This document shows, piece by piece, positions 11,331 to 25,600 of a stretch of DNA of 64,000 nt. Within the stretch, counting starts at the first letter, position 1, and each line of letters starts with the position of its first letter. A program made the translations under genes and the position numbers. Below the pieces are notes generated by a model. It did not search any database, had not been told where the DNA came from, and saw only the letters and a program-made list of their open reading frames with translations. This DNA comes from Anthoceros angustus (taxonomy: Eukaryota; Plantae; Anthocerotophyta), in the NCBI GenBank assembly GCA_010909165.1, contig VJWM01000025.1, forward strand, positions 2,976,001-3,040,000, read 5' to 3'.

Positions 11331-12647
11331 TCAAAGCCTCAAATTCGGCATGGGTTGGAAAACTTCCCCCACTCCAGCCATACTCTGGGGAACCTTTCGC
11401 CAGCAACGTCGAAGCATGTCGTAAGCAACAGGACAATCCACCTTCGTCGTCCTGAGACCACGAAACCACAACTCATAAAAGAAAACCACGAGATCCCCAG
11501 CAACGCGCACACACTTCAACCTCAAAGAGTGCGGCCTCAAAGCGGGGCAATGCCACATCCCACAGGTGCCCTGCACCCGTCTCCGTGCTCAGCCGCACAA
11601 GCCGCGGGGGAGTGCCGTAGACCGTCGAGTACAAGTCTCCATTGCACACCACAGGCGGCGGATCACTCATCTCGACCTCAGGGCTAGCTAAGAAGCCCTT
11701 CCACTCACCAGTGATGCTGCTGTACATGGCCAGGCCCTTAAACAATCGATCGGCTACAGGGAGCAAAAACTTGGGAAGTGGTCCAACAGGAGGAACATAA
11801 ACCTTGAAGCTGGGAATGCCTTCTGTTGCAGTGACTGTTCCCATCAACAGGACGACATGATGGCTCCAAACATTCTCAAGAATAGGCAAAACTTTGAAGC
11901 TTTGGTTCACAGGGTTGACCACACATATATGCATTCCCTCGTGTCGGCGATTGCTAATGCACATGAAACCAGTCGGTGAGCAATTGTGAAGTAGCGATTC
12001 CCAAGAATGGAACACCGCTGGTAAGAAAGACAGATCCACTTTCAAGCTCTTCTATACGCGCGGAATTGATACCAGTTCCTCCGGGGAATCATACGGCTTG
12101 AGATGGTATTCCTCTTCAGGCCAATACCTGTAGGCACATAGCGGATGCGGCGTCGTCCGCGAAAGCGAAAGGAGAAAGCTCCGCCGGGAAAACTCTGGAT
12201 TGGCGAGCAAGGCAAGCCAGGCCTTGCACACAGTTCGGCAGCGGGCCTGCGCTGCCGCCGGTAACCGCAACAGCACCTCTTCAACCACTTCCTCGGGCAA
12301 TGTGAGGCTGGCCTCAGAGCGCACCACAGTGCCTGCTGCTGCTGCTGCGCTGGTAAAGCCGTCATCGCCAAGCTCTTCCCCCACCAGGTAAAGTGTCAAA
12401 CGGGAGAAACAAGGTTCATGAACCAGGTCCGCACGCCCCTCGGAAGTCTCTTCATCACTCTCCTCATCACTGGGATGCTCGCCGACCGGTTGAGGCCACT
12501 CACGCAGCAAATTTTGAGGCCACATACGCAACATATTTGTTGACGCCAAATTCTCATCCCGCAAATCTTGAGGCCACATACGCAACATACTTGTTGCCGC
12601 AAAATTCTCAGCCCACGACCTGGGTAGGTTGTGTGGTGCGGAGACCA
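11331..12647 (-). pseudogene. F-box protein, disrupted
   Basis: F-box LPEEVVEEVLLRLPAAAQARCRTVCKAW. An in-frame TAG at 12052-12054 (PRV*KSLKVDLSFLP, W expected) is followed by an F-box-associated region (CVVNPV, YSSITGEW). A frameshift precedes the ...VAYD..RRCWRKVP...FQP tail. Confidence 0.75.
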
Positions 12648-13154
12648 TAGAAGGATACTCGTTTGGGGCCTGCAATCCTTCTCATGCTTCACCTACGGCC
12701 CTGGAAGCCAGTCTCAGAACTGCTCCACTTCAGAGGCCTCCACTTCCTGCACGAGAAACAAATTCAGCACCCCCTTCCAATGGACTGCAACTACCACCCT
12801 CCACAGGCCATCCTTCTAACTTGGGACTTCTACTGTGCCATCTTCTGAAATGGCGGACCCAGGGTGCCAAAACCATGGTCTGACTGGCGGGTGTGGGACG
12901 CCTCGAGAGAAGCGATGTATCAAAACGGCCACGGAAAACATACAATGGGTCGTGAAAAAATGTTTTTTCAGGTCTTTTTTGGTAGGGTTTAGTGTTGGCG
13001 TTGTGGTACACCATACAGGACACTCCAATGACATGTGGGTACCGGAGGCCGCTTCTAAACGCTTGTTAGGTCTCCTCTTGCCTGTCGGCTGGGAAGCGAG
13101 CTGGTCTTGAATATCCATCGCAGGCGACAGGAAGGAAGGGCGAATTGCTCCACC

Positions 13155-14546
13155 ATGGCGAAGCGTGGGTTGATGGAGCAGGATTTGAGCAAGTTGGAGG
13201 TGGACAAGCTGCATCCGCAGTCTCCAGAGGTGATCTCCCGGCAGGCAACGATAAATCTTGGAACAATCGGGCATGTGGCTCACGGGAAGTCGACGGTGGT
13301 GAAGGCCATCTCGGGAGTGCAGACAGTGCGATTCAAGAACGAGCTGGTTCGGAACATCACTATCAAGCTAGGTTATGCGAATGCGAAGATCTATGTCTGC
13401 GAGAACGAGAACTGTCCTCGGCCTGTGCGTTACAAGGCCTATGGCAGTGGCAAGGAGGACAGCCCACTGTGTGATGTGCCTGGGTTTGAGACCTCTCGGA
13501 TGAAGCTGTTGCGGCATGTGTCTTTTGTGGACTGTCCTGGACATGATATTCTCATGGCTACTATGCTCAATGGTGCTGCAATCATGGACGGGGCCCTGCT
13601 GCTCATTGCGAGCAACGAGAGCTGTCCGCAGCCACAGACTTCAGAGCATCTGGCTGCTGTGGAGATCATGCGTCTCAAGCATATTATTATTTTGCAGAAC
13701 AAAATCGATCTTATCCAGGAAAGCGTGGCAATGAACCAGCACGAGTCTATCCAGAAGTTTATTCAGGGTACCATTGCAGACGGTGCACCAATAGTGCCAA
13801 TATCGGCACAGCTGAAGTACAATGTGGATGTTGTATGCGAGTATATCGTGAACAGGATTCCCATCCCGGAGCGCAATTTTGTTGCTCCACCCAACATGAT
13901 TGTTATCAGGTCCTTTGATGTGAACAAGCCTGGAGCTGAAGTGGATGACATTAAAGGAGGAGTTGCAGGGGGCAGCATCTTGAGAGGTGTGCTGAAGGTT
14001 GGGCAGAAGATTGAGGTTCGGCCAGGACAGGTGACCAAGGATGAGAGTGGCAGCATCAAGTGCACCCCTATTTTCTCGAGGATCATCTCCCTGTACGCGG
14101 AGCAGAACGAGCTGCAATTTGCAGTGCCCGGTGGTCTCATTGGCGTCGGCACTACCATTGATCCCACTCTGACTCGAGCTGACAGGTTGGTTGGTCAAGT
14201 GCTTGGTGAAGTTGGGGAGCTACCAGAAGTTTTTGTTGAGCTTGAGGTGAACTTCTTTCTTCTTCGGCGACTGTTGGGTGTGAGGACTAAGGGCACTGAG
14301 AAGCAAGGGAAAGTTAGTAAGCTAACGAAAGGAGAGGTGCTCATGTTGAACATTGGGTCCATGTCAACTGGTGCACGGGTGCTGGCCGTCAGGAATGATC
14401 TTGCCAAGCTGCAGCTCACTTCACCGGTTTGCACAAGCAAGGGAGAAAAGGTTGCCCTCAGCAGAAGAGTTGAGAACCATTGGCGATTAATTGGTTGGGG
14501 TCAAATCCAGGCCGGAGTACAGCTCGACATCCCCCCAGTAGCATAG
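13155..14546 (+). CDS. EIF2G: Translation initiation factor eIF2 gamma subunit, single exon
   Basis: [37 protein letters not shown]-terminal WRLIGWG; uninterrupted ORF. Confidence 0.97.
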   Translation: MAKRGLMEQDLSKLEVDKLHPQSPEVISRQATINLGTIGHVAHGKSTVVKAISGVQTVRFKNELVRNITIKLGYANAKIYVCENENCPRPVRYKAYGSGKEDSPLCDVPGFETSRMKLLRHVSFVDCPGHDILMATMLNGAAIMDGALLLIASNESCPQPQTSEHLAAVEIMRLKHIIILQNKIDLIQESVAMNQHESIQKFIQGTIADGAPIVPISAQLKYNVDVVCEYIVNRIPIPERNFVAPPNMIVIRSFDVNKPGAEVDDIKGGVAGGSILRGVLKVGQKIEVRPGQVTKDESGSIKCTPIFSRIISLYAEQNELQFAVPGGLIGVGTTIDPTLTRADRLVGQVLGEVGELPEVFVELEVNFFLLRRLLGVRTKGTEKQGKVSKLTKGEVLMLNIGSMSTGARVLAVRNDLAKLQLTSPVCTSKGEKVALSRRVENHWRLIGWGQIQAGVQLDIPPVA

Positions 14547-15388
14547 CCGAGTGAAGCACAACCTCAGCAAATCGAAGCAGAAGACAGGGACGGACAACTC
14601 TCAGGGCGAGCAAGGAAAGGAAAGGCTTTACTCGTTAGGTAGTATGTGGATAGGCCGAGAGTTACTCGGTACAATTTTTGTGAAGTGGCGAAGGAGACCT
14701 GGCTTTGTGTGTGTTTCCTTCGGTCAAGGCTATTTTGAGTTCATTTTTGTTATGCTTGTGTTTGGTGTGGCCGGAGAATTGAGCATGCTTGCATTGGTGT
14801 TGGCTTGGACACCCAGTCTTCCTAACCAGTTAGGGCTTGTACTGTGGTTCCAACCTCAGTTTCTCGCCGTTCCTGGGAGCGTTTGCGTGAAGACCTGGGC
14901 CTGTGGGTGAAGCAGAATGGGTGGGTCTTAAATGTACGTAAACACATGCTACATGTACGACGGGTAACGGACATGCATAATCCTGTAATCGGTATGGCAA
15001 GGCGCAACAACAGTCGGCGAATCCTAGGTTAGATTACTCATGTGTAGAAGAGGCATGTAGATCACTTGGACGGCACTTCCGTCTTAAGTCTACACACCTC
15101 ACCGACAAACACCTCAAGCAACAAATGTGTGCCACAAGCTATGCGAACAAAGTCCGCAGCAGGCGGGAGAGGTAAAATAGTGGAATGGAATGGTACACGG
15201 GGTTCAGTATTCACTAAGCAATCATAAACCTACAGTTCGGATCCCCTAGCAACACAAGAGATGTAATGGTTACAAATCAATACGAGACTGCACAGCACTG
15301 GCTACTTCTGGATGACGGCCACTAAAATGGATTTCGAACAAAAAAGAAAAATCTGAAAAGCCCTGCCTTGGTGGACTCCACAGTTTCA

Positions 15389-18300
15389 TCATACATAATG
15401 GTACGACAACTTCTTCTTCCCGAACAGACCCTTCTTCCAAGGGGTGGATGCTGATGGTTTGATGATATCTCCAAGGATAGACAGTACCTGTATTTGAGTA
15501 AACACAACATCAGAAACTGGACGTACACTAGCTGCTCACTTACCCTCCTGTTCGCTCTCATCTGATGGGAAAGAAACCAGATGAAGATTCGAAGACCAAC
15601 CTCACTAAATTCAGGTCTCTGCTTCGGGTCATGATGCCAGCATCGTTCAGCAAGTGCAGTGAGCTTTTCAGGCACTAGGGAGGGCATCACGGGCCTTAAC
15701 TGTCTGCTAGGTGAGTTTCATCAAATCAGACACGTGAACAAAGCACCTAAAGCCCGAGACATAAGGACCAGAACACCTTGCATCAAATTTTGCAGAAAAT
15801 GAATCTAAGAATTGGGTACATGCACAAACCTTTGAACAACGCCAATTGCAGCTTGCAGAGGTGTCAGGCCTGAGTAAGGTATTTCTCCAGTAACAACCTC
15901 CCTGGTGCAAGGGCAAAACAAAACATTATTTGTGTTACAAGGGAAAAAGCACATGAGATGCAATAAATCGCAAGGCGCAAGGCATCTACACCTCACCATA
16001 TCATTATCCCGTAAGAGTACACATCAGCCTTGTGGTCATAGGGCTTGTGCTCTAACACCTGGAATCCAAGACATGAAGCCGACTAAGGAGCCCTGCCAAG
16101 ATTTAAATAGATGTGACAAACAAACCACTTGACCAGTAGACTACCTCAGGAGACATCCATCTGTACGTCCCTGTTTCAGCAGTCATTTCCAAAGGCCAAT
16201 GCCCTGATCCAGAGCTTCCCACAGTAGATGGCTTTAAGCGAGCTACACCAAAATCACACACCTTTACCACCTGGACAAAAAGCACATCCTAGGAGGTTAG
16301 GAAACCCATGGAATGATCAAACAACCCAATTGGAGGCAGATGTCCAACTGTTGATAAAGAACATTACGAACTGAACACTTTGCTCACATCATGCTCATCA
16401 ATCAACAGGTTTGCAGCTTTCAGGTCTCGGTGAACAATCCCTCTCCTGAAAAAAGCAGGAAGTGCTGTCATTGTGGACCAAGAAAGAGATCAGGCAAAGT
16501 GCCAGTTTCCCAGCATCCCTCTTTTAGCAGTATCCATCAACATAATTTACTACCTGTGGAGGAAATCCATTCCCCGTGCAGCATCTCTCAAAACCTTCAC
16601 AGCTGAAGCAACATCTAAGCCACTCCCACGAGCTTGCATCACATCTCTAACACTGGAATGGATGCAATACCACACAACATGATAAGCAGATTGCACAACA
16701 GCTAACAACATCTACTATCATTGACCAGCAAAATGGAGAACTGAAACTGAGCACCTTCCACAGGATTGCACTTAAGGACAGCAGAATAAAATAAATTACC
16801 TCCCACCAGACATAAGCTCTGTCACTATACAAAGCCTGGGCCAGCACGAACATGCTCCAATAAATTGCACCAAGTTCTTGTGACGCACTAGTCTGCCAGA
16901 GCAAGCAGCACAAACTACAGGTCAACTTCACTCTTCTAAATTGCAGACAAAGTTAAGATGAAGCAAAACAAACAGAATCACCACCTCATGATTGAGACTT
17001 CCTGCTTGAACATCTGCAAAAGCTCGGCAGCTGGAGCGGGTCGCAAGACGCCAGAATCCGCATCAACATCTCCATCAAGCAAGATGATCTTAATGGCAAC
17101 ATCCTGGCTGAGATATGTGCCTCGATACAGGCGGCCTGAGGAGCCACCACCCAGCCTTTCGCCAATCACCAGCTGCACACATTTGGAAAGGAGAATAGAT
17201 AAATACAAAACCACTCTGCACACACTGCGGCATAGAAAGAGGAAAGTTTATCAACTTCACAAGCTTTAAGGAATCCAATTATATCAGAACAACGATTGCA
17301 GGAGAAGGGGCAAGGTGGTACATTGCTGTAATTAACTGCCCAATCCTCATAACCTATTGCTTCAGCAGCTGTCCGCAACTGAGCTTCAGTCGAAAGTTTT
17401 GAGCGCAAAGGAGGTGCCAAACTAAGCTCAGAGCTCAAAGTTCTTACAAATGCTTGCCTAAGTTCCTCGGGCTGCAAGGAAGTCGAGGGGAACATCAGCT
17501 GATGGGACTGCTTAGACACTGAAGCTTGATTCAATTGCAAATTAAGAGGGATAGGTTGGGCACTGACCTCTTCTCCCGTCCAGCCCTCAACAACAAATAC
17601 CTCCAAGGCCATGCCGTCTATGGTGCTAAAAGCATGGGCTTCCTGCACATTGTGACACTAGAGTTAGGGCATGTGCAGCCTAGGAGATTTTACTGTCGCA
17701 AGCCTCCAATCCAACAAAAAAATGACAAGCCCAAGTAAGGTGGAGATGGGTATTACCTTTATGTTAAGTTGAAGGGAAATGTTGTTCAGAGCTGACGTGA
17801 AAAGCTTTAGAATACCAGGCCGGTCAGAGGCAGCAAGCGTTATCTCAAAGCCGTAAGAGGGGCTTGACTCTTCAAGCCCACTTGAGTAGCCTTCATCGTC
17901 AATCTCTAGCGGATTGGTGAAGGACCCAAATGTGGGCCTAGAAAACGGAGATGCTGATCCAGGAGGTGTGTTCCTAGAAGCAGGACCACGAGATCCAGGA
18001 GAAGCTCGGGATCTTGCCTGTGGCCCAGCTGGATGGACCTTGGACTGACTACTACCACCTAGCAGGCCAGCCAAGTTTGAACATGAGCCAAAAGCTGGTT
18101 TGGGAATTTTGGGAATGGGGATTGCTCTCCTTCGAGACGTCACTTCTGGTTGTGAAGAAGTCTCCTCACTGGCCTCTGACGCGGAGGATCCACCAGGTAA
18201 CTGTACCTTCCGTACATGAATTTGTGGAAGGGGCACGACGCCCGTCGAGGCTGCATCGCCCTTCAGCTCTGCCTCCCCAGCCTCTCGAAGCAGTCGCATG

Positions 18301-19093
18301 TGCAGCAGAACATCCTCGTGCCGCTGCACATCGATGTTCAGCGCATACCTGCAGCAGCAGCAAGCAGCGTAACAAACATGAGACAACCACCAGTAACATA
18401 ACGGCCACGACGTCCGCTGCATTAACACAAAACCCTCATCCGGCAGCAAGTCCACATCACAGATTGCAGCACACGCCCACTTCCTACGTCCCAATTAGGT
18501 CAAACCGAGCTGTATCCTGTTCGCATCGACACTCGACCCAGCCATCTCACTCCACGGCCGGAAATCGGAGCTGCTTCTCGTTGCATCCCAACAACCAGCT
18601 CCGCAAGACCGTGCCGTCCTATGCTCCAGATTCTGACAAACCCCGCCCCGAGTCCCACACACCGTACCCCAATTCCCGTCCCCCGCACTCCAATTGGTTC
18701 AGGAAAGCAGGCGCACGCAGCTCACCTCGCTGGCAAGCGGGAAAAATGCGCTCGCAGATTGTTGCACACCTCCGCCCCGAAGCCGAGAGCGGTGACCCTG
18801 TCAACCACCTGCTTCACCACAGTCTCCCGGAGGTTGACAGAAATGAGGGAGTGGCCCTTGGTAGCGCGTTCCTGGTGCGAGCGTCCCATTTGCTTGGGCG
18901 AGAGGGCCAGCGAATTCAGCAGCCTGGAGACCCGCAATGCACATCTAGCGGAGGAAGAGGTGGAGGGGGAGCAGGGATGCGGCAGCTCGGACTCGATGTC
19001 TGGCTCCCCTCCGTCTTCACGTGCGGAGCTGCCATTGCTCAGGCTCTTGTCCACGGACCTGGTTCTGCGCCATCCCACCTGAAGCTGCACCAT
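15389..19093 (-). CDS. ACT-domain Raf-like Ser/Thr/Tyr kinase (STY8/17/46 family), ~12 exons
   Basis: Spliced peptides HFSRLPAR|[23 protein letters not shown] domain ([11 protein letters not shown]...NIK|[21 protein letters not shown]), [53 protein letters not shown]. Canonical GT-AG junctions. Confidence 0.92.
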
Positions 19094-20424
19094 CAGCCTG
19101 GCGGACTTCACGCAGAGTGGCTCACTCCCCCGCAGGCTTTCGCAGCAGCGACGGCAGCAGCAGAAGAGGAAGAAGCGGAAGAAGGGGAAGAAGCCGATGC
19201 TGAAGGTGGAGGGAGCGGTGTGCGCAGAGCCCAACGCGGCAGAGAAATCGTTCACAGGGACAGAAGGAAGCGGGGCGTGAAGGTGACGGTGACGAGCCCG
19301 GCGCGGCCATGGATGGCACATGCCAGCCGCGCAGCCATGCTGGTTGGTGGGCGATGGGCGGGCGCGGGCGCGTTCCAGGAAAGCGCGCACGCGTTCCGTT
19401 CGGCAGGCCAGGCCAGGCCCAAGCGCGCGAGGCGGATAGGCCTTAACCTTAACCCTCCCGCCTCTGTGGGGCCGCAGCCGCAGCCTTAACTTAGGCGCGG
19501 TCCCCGACAGACGCCACTTCCGGCGGGGTCTAGTCACACGGAGCCTGGATCGTGAACTCGTGAATCGTTGGCGACTTCGGTGGAACGTGAAGTCGGTGTC
19601 GAAATTCAGCTTTATTCATAACGGCTCGCGCTGAAGAGCTCGCTGCAGGGACAGGGAGTTCGGCGCCTTTCCTCCTTCCCCCTTCCCCCTTCCCAGGGCC
19701 GAGAAAGGAAACGGTGTTTACATTCAGAGATAGGCTCGCGAAGTCCGCGAATCGTGGTTTGTGAGACGTGAGGAGCAAGCAAGGGATGTCGTCCCTGTTC
19801 CCGCTCCAGCAGCAGCGGCGGGGCAGCGTCATCAGCGGCGGGGTCCGGTGCCGGAACCATCTGCTCGCCCGCCGGCATATTCGCGCGAGCACGCAAAGTT
19901 GAATGCGTTCGCCACGGTGCCAGCTGAGCGGCCGCCGCTCTTGGTGCATGCATTTGCATTTCCGGGGGCGCCTCGCAGGCGCACATTGCCTTCCCCACGT
20001 TGCGAGGCAGGCAGGCGGGCGCTGCAGACAGTGCTCGCACTGTAGAACCCGATAGGGGTTTTGCAACAGGGCCACGACTCCCGGGAGCAGTTGCGTTCGC
20101 AACCGCCTGTCGTGCCTGCCAGAGTCGGCCTGGATCTGCTGTCTGCTGATGCTGATACTGTGTGACGACGACATGCTCTGATCACCATTGTGATGTGATC
20201 CAGCGAGCTGATCGTGGGGACCCGGGAGGTGGAGAAGCTAGATGGATACATATTCACAGTCATGGATTCCGCGAAGGTAGACACAGTCACCGGGTTCGCC
20301 GGCGTCAGCTGCTACAGTTGGGAGGAAAAAGGGAGGGAGTGCAAACCCTAATTGTACAGATGACGGTGCTGCACGCAGCAGAAAAATGGAGTCTCCGGTG
20401 CCGCGTCGGCTATGAATGAATTGC

Positions 20425-22176
20425 CTAGTAAACCACTTGTGGCTCGAAATCCACGCAGTCCAGGGACCCGGACTCCACAGGAGTCATGAGGTACATGGCG
20501 ATGAGCTCTCCCACCAGGGCTGAAATGTGAGGGACTCTCTGCAGATTCTTGAGGAAGTCGGGTGAATCGCTGTTTCCGATGTCGATAAGCTTCTGGTTGA
20601 TCTCCACAAGGTGATCCAGCTTCTGCTGGAAGACGGGATTTTCCACGTCAAGCACAGCGGGGAAGATTCTTGCTGTGGTCTTGTTTGTCTGCGTGTCAGT
20701 GACGATGACCAGGGGTTAGAGGTAGGGTTCCAGGACGGGGTAAGGTGGGAGGAGATGGTTAGGATTCCGGTTACCTCGATGATAACGTGCATGTCGAAGT
20801 CGCGGGTGTTGAGGCCGATGCCCTCGTAGAAGGCTGTTCTCTGTGTATCGTTGAGGTACATTGTCACGTAGACCTGACGAGGGCGTACGCAAACAGGTTA
20901 GGGATGACGGACATGCAGGAGACTTTGCACATTCTAGCAGCAAGGGGTTAGGGCTGACGGATATGAAGAAGACTTCACATTCTGGCAGCAAGGGGGTAGG
21001 CAAAACGGACATGAAAAAGACTTCAACGTTCTGGAAGCTTACCGAGAGGCAGAAGAAACGGGACCAGAGCTTGGCCTTCCAGTCGTTGAGGAACTGAGGC
21101 TGAGCCTTGAGCAGGGCTGAGAAGAAGTCTCCGTGCCTGTTCTCATCCTGGCACCAGTTCTCGAAGTACTTGAAGATGGGATACAGCTGGTAGTCCGGGT
21201 TGGCCTTCAAGTGCCTGTAGATGGTGATGTACCGCCAGTAGCCTATCTTCTCAGACAGGTAGGTGGCGTAGAAGATGAACTGCGGCTTGAAGAAGGTGTA
21301 CTTCCGGGCCTTGGTCAGGAATCCAAGATCAAGAGCCAGATTGAAGTCCGACAAACCCTTGTTCAGAAACCTGCAGGTACGCAGTCCCATATCAGCGAGC
21401 TGCAAAGAGATGAACTTCACAGCCGAAAGTTAGGAAGGGCAGTCAGTGAGGTCAGGAATGTGCTCACCCTGCGTGTCGTGCCTCGTCCCTAGACATGAGG
21501 GTGAAGATTTCGGCAACGGTGGGGTTGGTCTTCTGCAGGACCACAATGTGAAGCAAGCAGCTTGAGGAAGGAATTTGCAACACTTTTACACAAGCAGGCC
21601 AAAAGGAAAATGCAGCAGAATGCACCAGCGGCAAGGCCTGGAAAGCGATACCTTCAAGCGCCTCCCAAGCTCCTTGTACAGCAGGAAGCCGGAGAACTCA
21701 GCGGTGCAGGAGCGCTCCAGAAACTCCACGAAAATCTGGCGCATGGGGCCCTGAATCTTCTCCGCCGCAGCCTTGAACTCGGGGTTCCTCACGAAGTGGG
21801 TCTGGTTGTAGTCCGTCTTGAACTCCTGCACCAGGGCTTCGAACTCTGCTTCGTTGAGGTTGGGATTGATCTGGGTGTTGAACATCCTCTCCATCTCGTC
21901 GAAGTCGGTAGTGTAGAAGCGGGGAGTGAGCAAGGTGTCCTTGGGCACCTCCTTGGAAGCTGACCGCGGCTTGTCCTTGACGAAGGAGTCGGCAGACATG
22001 GCAAGCACGCCCCTGTGGCCCCGCACCCGCATGCCCATGCTGCTACTGCTGCTGCCCATGAAGAGCATGCTACTGTTGCTGTTGCTGCTGCTGGCGTTGC
22101 AGCCCACATTCCTGCTGCAGCTGGCGCCAGCCAGCGCTACGGTGGCGGCCGCCTGTGCAGTGGCCATCGCTGCCAT
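20425..22176 (-). CDS. CHL27: Mg-protoporphyrin IX monomethyl ester oxidative cyclase (AcsF/CRD1/CHL27), 5 exons
   Basis: Transit peptide, then [59 protein letters not shown]. Confidence 0.97.
20915..21035. repeat. ~48-bp tandem repeat inside a CHL27 intron
   Basis: gacttcacattctggcagcaagggg...acggatatgaa occurs about 2.5 times. Confidence 0.7.
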
Positions 22177-22662
22177 AATCTTCTTCCTCGATTGCACCTG
22201 ATTCCACCGCGAATGCCAACACAGGCGACGTTCGCTCGCTCCTCTCTATCTCTCAGAAGGCTGCCGACCTACAAGAGCGGCTCGGGCTGGCTTCGGGACA
22301 GATTCCTGGTAGAGCTTGGATAGGCCACCAACGGCTGTGATGAGGTACTGACGATCTCATTCAGCGAATCCCAAGCCTCAGCCAGTTTTCCGAATATCCA
22401 ACCACTTAAAATCACGTCACATTAAATTGTACAGTAGATGATAAAGCAACTCATCGGCCTACGTTTCTGAGAAAATGCTCCTGAATCTGTTTACTTCCTT
22501 ATTACACTTACTAGGTACACAGACTCTTGCAGGGAGCTCACACCTACATACATACCTACACCTAGTACTTCTACTTGGGAAAATGTTGGCTACCGGTCCA
22601 TATTCTGATCTGCAACGGACACAGGACAGCGTAAAGAATGTTTAGGGGTCAGTCGGGAAGAC

Positions 22663-25600
22663 CTAATCTGATGCATCAGGCTCGTTCTTCTTCGAGGCAG
22701 CACGATGTATTGGAGTCGGATCTGCGAAGGGCTCCGGCGTCACTCTCAACATGTCGTTATTATGGTTACAAGGCGTGATAACCTGGTTTTCGGCAATTCC
22801 ACAAGTACTCCCTATGGTCCGCGAAGGTACAAGCGACAGCGCTCGTGGTCCAATGTCGACCAAATGTACAGAAGTTCTGGATGATCTCTCCGAAGCGATG
22901 TTCTGCGTCACACCACACAAGTCAGTAGCGTAAAACAAGTATATCGGGGCAGGGGGGAACACGATCTAGAAGTGACAAAGGTAGCAAAGTAGCGACAAGT
23001 AACAAGACTCCAGCGGGCATAACTCACAAGTCGGTGGGCCGTGCTACTATTCTTGACCGCACTTGTAGACCCTGTTTCATCATCAAGGTCTCCCAGTGCT
23101 CTACAAGACGGCCAAGATGCATTTGAAGCACTGTTTGCTGCTCCTGAATAAGGTTCAGGTATGCCCTCGATAAACAGTGAACCACTAGTTGAATCTCCGT
23201 CAGCCTGTTGCTCTGCCTCCTGCCAGGAGGTACTGAAACTGGGAAACATACTTAGTGCAGACAGATGATGCTCACGGGTAAGGACAGGACGGACTGGACT
23301 ATTGGAAGCCTGGCCCAGAAATGGTGCCTGCAGGAAACAGTTCTGGGTCGGTATCTGCAAGCCAAATACTGGGAAACGTGTGAGTGGGTCAGGGATGGCA
23401 GCTGAAAGCAAAGGGCTGAGGGAAGCTTGATGAGCAAAACTCATACTCTCAGCAGTACTCAGTGATGGGGATTCAAGGGGAAGCACAGAAATGAGGGGAG
23501 TTGAGGATGGAACAAAGGGCAACTCTTGGACAACGGATGGGAGGTGAGTTGTAGGGACTGAGTAGCGCAAAGCCGAAGCTCCCAGAGGGCAAGGGCAGTA
23601 ATAAGGAGCCAGAAGTGATCTGGATAAGGGGAACGATGCAGAAACAAGGGGCGGAATTGAGCAAGGGCTTAGTGCTGGCGGGCTGACAAAAGCTGGGAGC
23701 GGTGTGACGCTGAGAGGAGGAGATTCCGGTAAAGTGTGCGTCTCCAAGGAAACAGGTTTCCAGCTAAAAGTATCTCCACCTGTTGAACCTGGAATAGGTT
23801 GCACTGAAGTGTAAAGCCCTGCACTGTGACTTGTGAGTTGCCCAACGTCGCTTTCTTGGTTAGACCATATTGAAGTTCGGGTACTCCACGAGTTCTGCAT
23901 GCTGCCCACATCCAGCATGCTCCTTAAATTGCTCGTGCTGTATCCAACTGAAACACTCGAAGCACTTGTGACACATGCGCCGCTGCTGCAGACAGGGTCA
24001 CTACATCTTGGTCTTGTGACAACAGATGGCGCAAACCTTGAGCTCAAAGATCCCCCCGGAGGTGCAGACCGTGGCTGGTCAGTTAGAAAGTTTGCGAAAG
24101 TAGGGATAGCCATGGAGGTCCTTAGACCAAGCTGTGGAGTTGTATCACCAGGAACATAGTCCATGTGACCATGCAGGGGGCTGCACACTGGTATTCTCTG
24201 ATCACCTGACATACTCAGTGATGCTACTGGTTCTGACCTTCCCAAGCTAGAGGTCAATCTCTGAGGGGCTCCTCCAGCAGGAACTGAGACATTATAGGTA
24301 CTTCGGACATAACTTGCCAGTGAGTCCAACCGTGAATCCTGAATGCCAGTTAACTGTGCCAGCGTTGGCTGCTGATCCAGTAAATATTTCATCTGTCGGG
24401 TGAACAGTTTCAGACGGTTAGTGCAGGTGGCCCACTCAAACGATCACGTGGGGAAATAAAGAGCAAAATTACAGAACACGACAACCAGAATTACAGATCA
24501 CTTTGAACAAACTCTGTGCACAAAGCCGCAAATCAGAAATACCTTCTTAATCAATTCAGCACCCATAGCCTTTGATTTCTCTGATTGCCAAAAGTACGTA
24601 ATCTCCCCTTCATGTAACTTCAGGATGAAAGTCCTCCCTGATGAATCAGCAGGCAGTTCCTCCAAGGCAAGGGAGACAGGTTCCGAGTTTGGGCTGACGA
24701 CTGCAAGTCTCTCCAGTACTCCGTCATCACCGACATAGGACAGCCGTAACTCCGAGCACGGAAGCATGGTCAAGCTCAAATAGCCCCTGGAAGCAAGCAC
24801 CAGAAACATCAATGGAAAGGATTGTACGATTCATGCAGACAACACGAACCAAAATATCCCAACATGACAAGAAAAAGTACTATGGTGTCAAAATAGAACG
24901 GAGAAGATAAAAGGATTGCCACACACCTTGTATCCGTTGGCTGCAGGGTTCGTCCATGGCGCAGAACCTTGCCCACCCTTACTGAGACAAGAGGAGCACA
25001 CAAACAGCGGGCCAGTTGCTCCAGCTCACATTGTTGGAAGTGCTGTCAACAAGAAGGTCAACATGGTTAGAAGCTACCTGGGGAATGCATTCCAGTTTCA
25101 GGGAAAAATTTCAAGTATTTCGATTCACTTCCGGCAGTGGCGGCTGATGACAGCATGAAAGATGACGGGGGCACAATTTGACAGGAAGATTCGGACTTGC
25201 AATTAATTACTGTTTCCTGACGTCCCATAATTGGAAGCACAACCGTTCCGGCCAGAGATATCAACCCTGATCCATACCTGCCACAGAGAGGGGGTGTTTG
25301 CAAATTTCTTTGATCCATACCAGGCAAAGAGCTGCGTCTGTCAACTAGCCAGAAATAGGAATCTCATCTCATCGACTATACTTGAACATTCAGTGCAGGA
25401 CAACTCAAATGCAAGAAATGGCCATCATCCAACAAGTGCTGGATCTCAAAATCAAATCATGCCAAATCCATAAGCACCAACCATGCAAAAGCTAGGAAAA
25501 GCGAAAGTATGACTACACCCCCGTCTTGCAACGAGACATGTCCCTGAACATCTCTCCCTGAACCAGACAGACAACACAGCCCTTGCCTTCGAATGCTCCA

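Noticed and set aside
15200-15255. gttcggatccc resembling a tRNA B-box
   Set aside because: No A-box or cloverleaf can be folded.
19530-20290. Overlapping GC-rich ORFs between the STY kinase and CHL27
   Set aside because: No recognisable motif or splice structure; ORFs on both strands are expected at this GC content.
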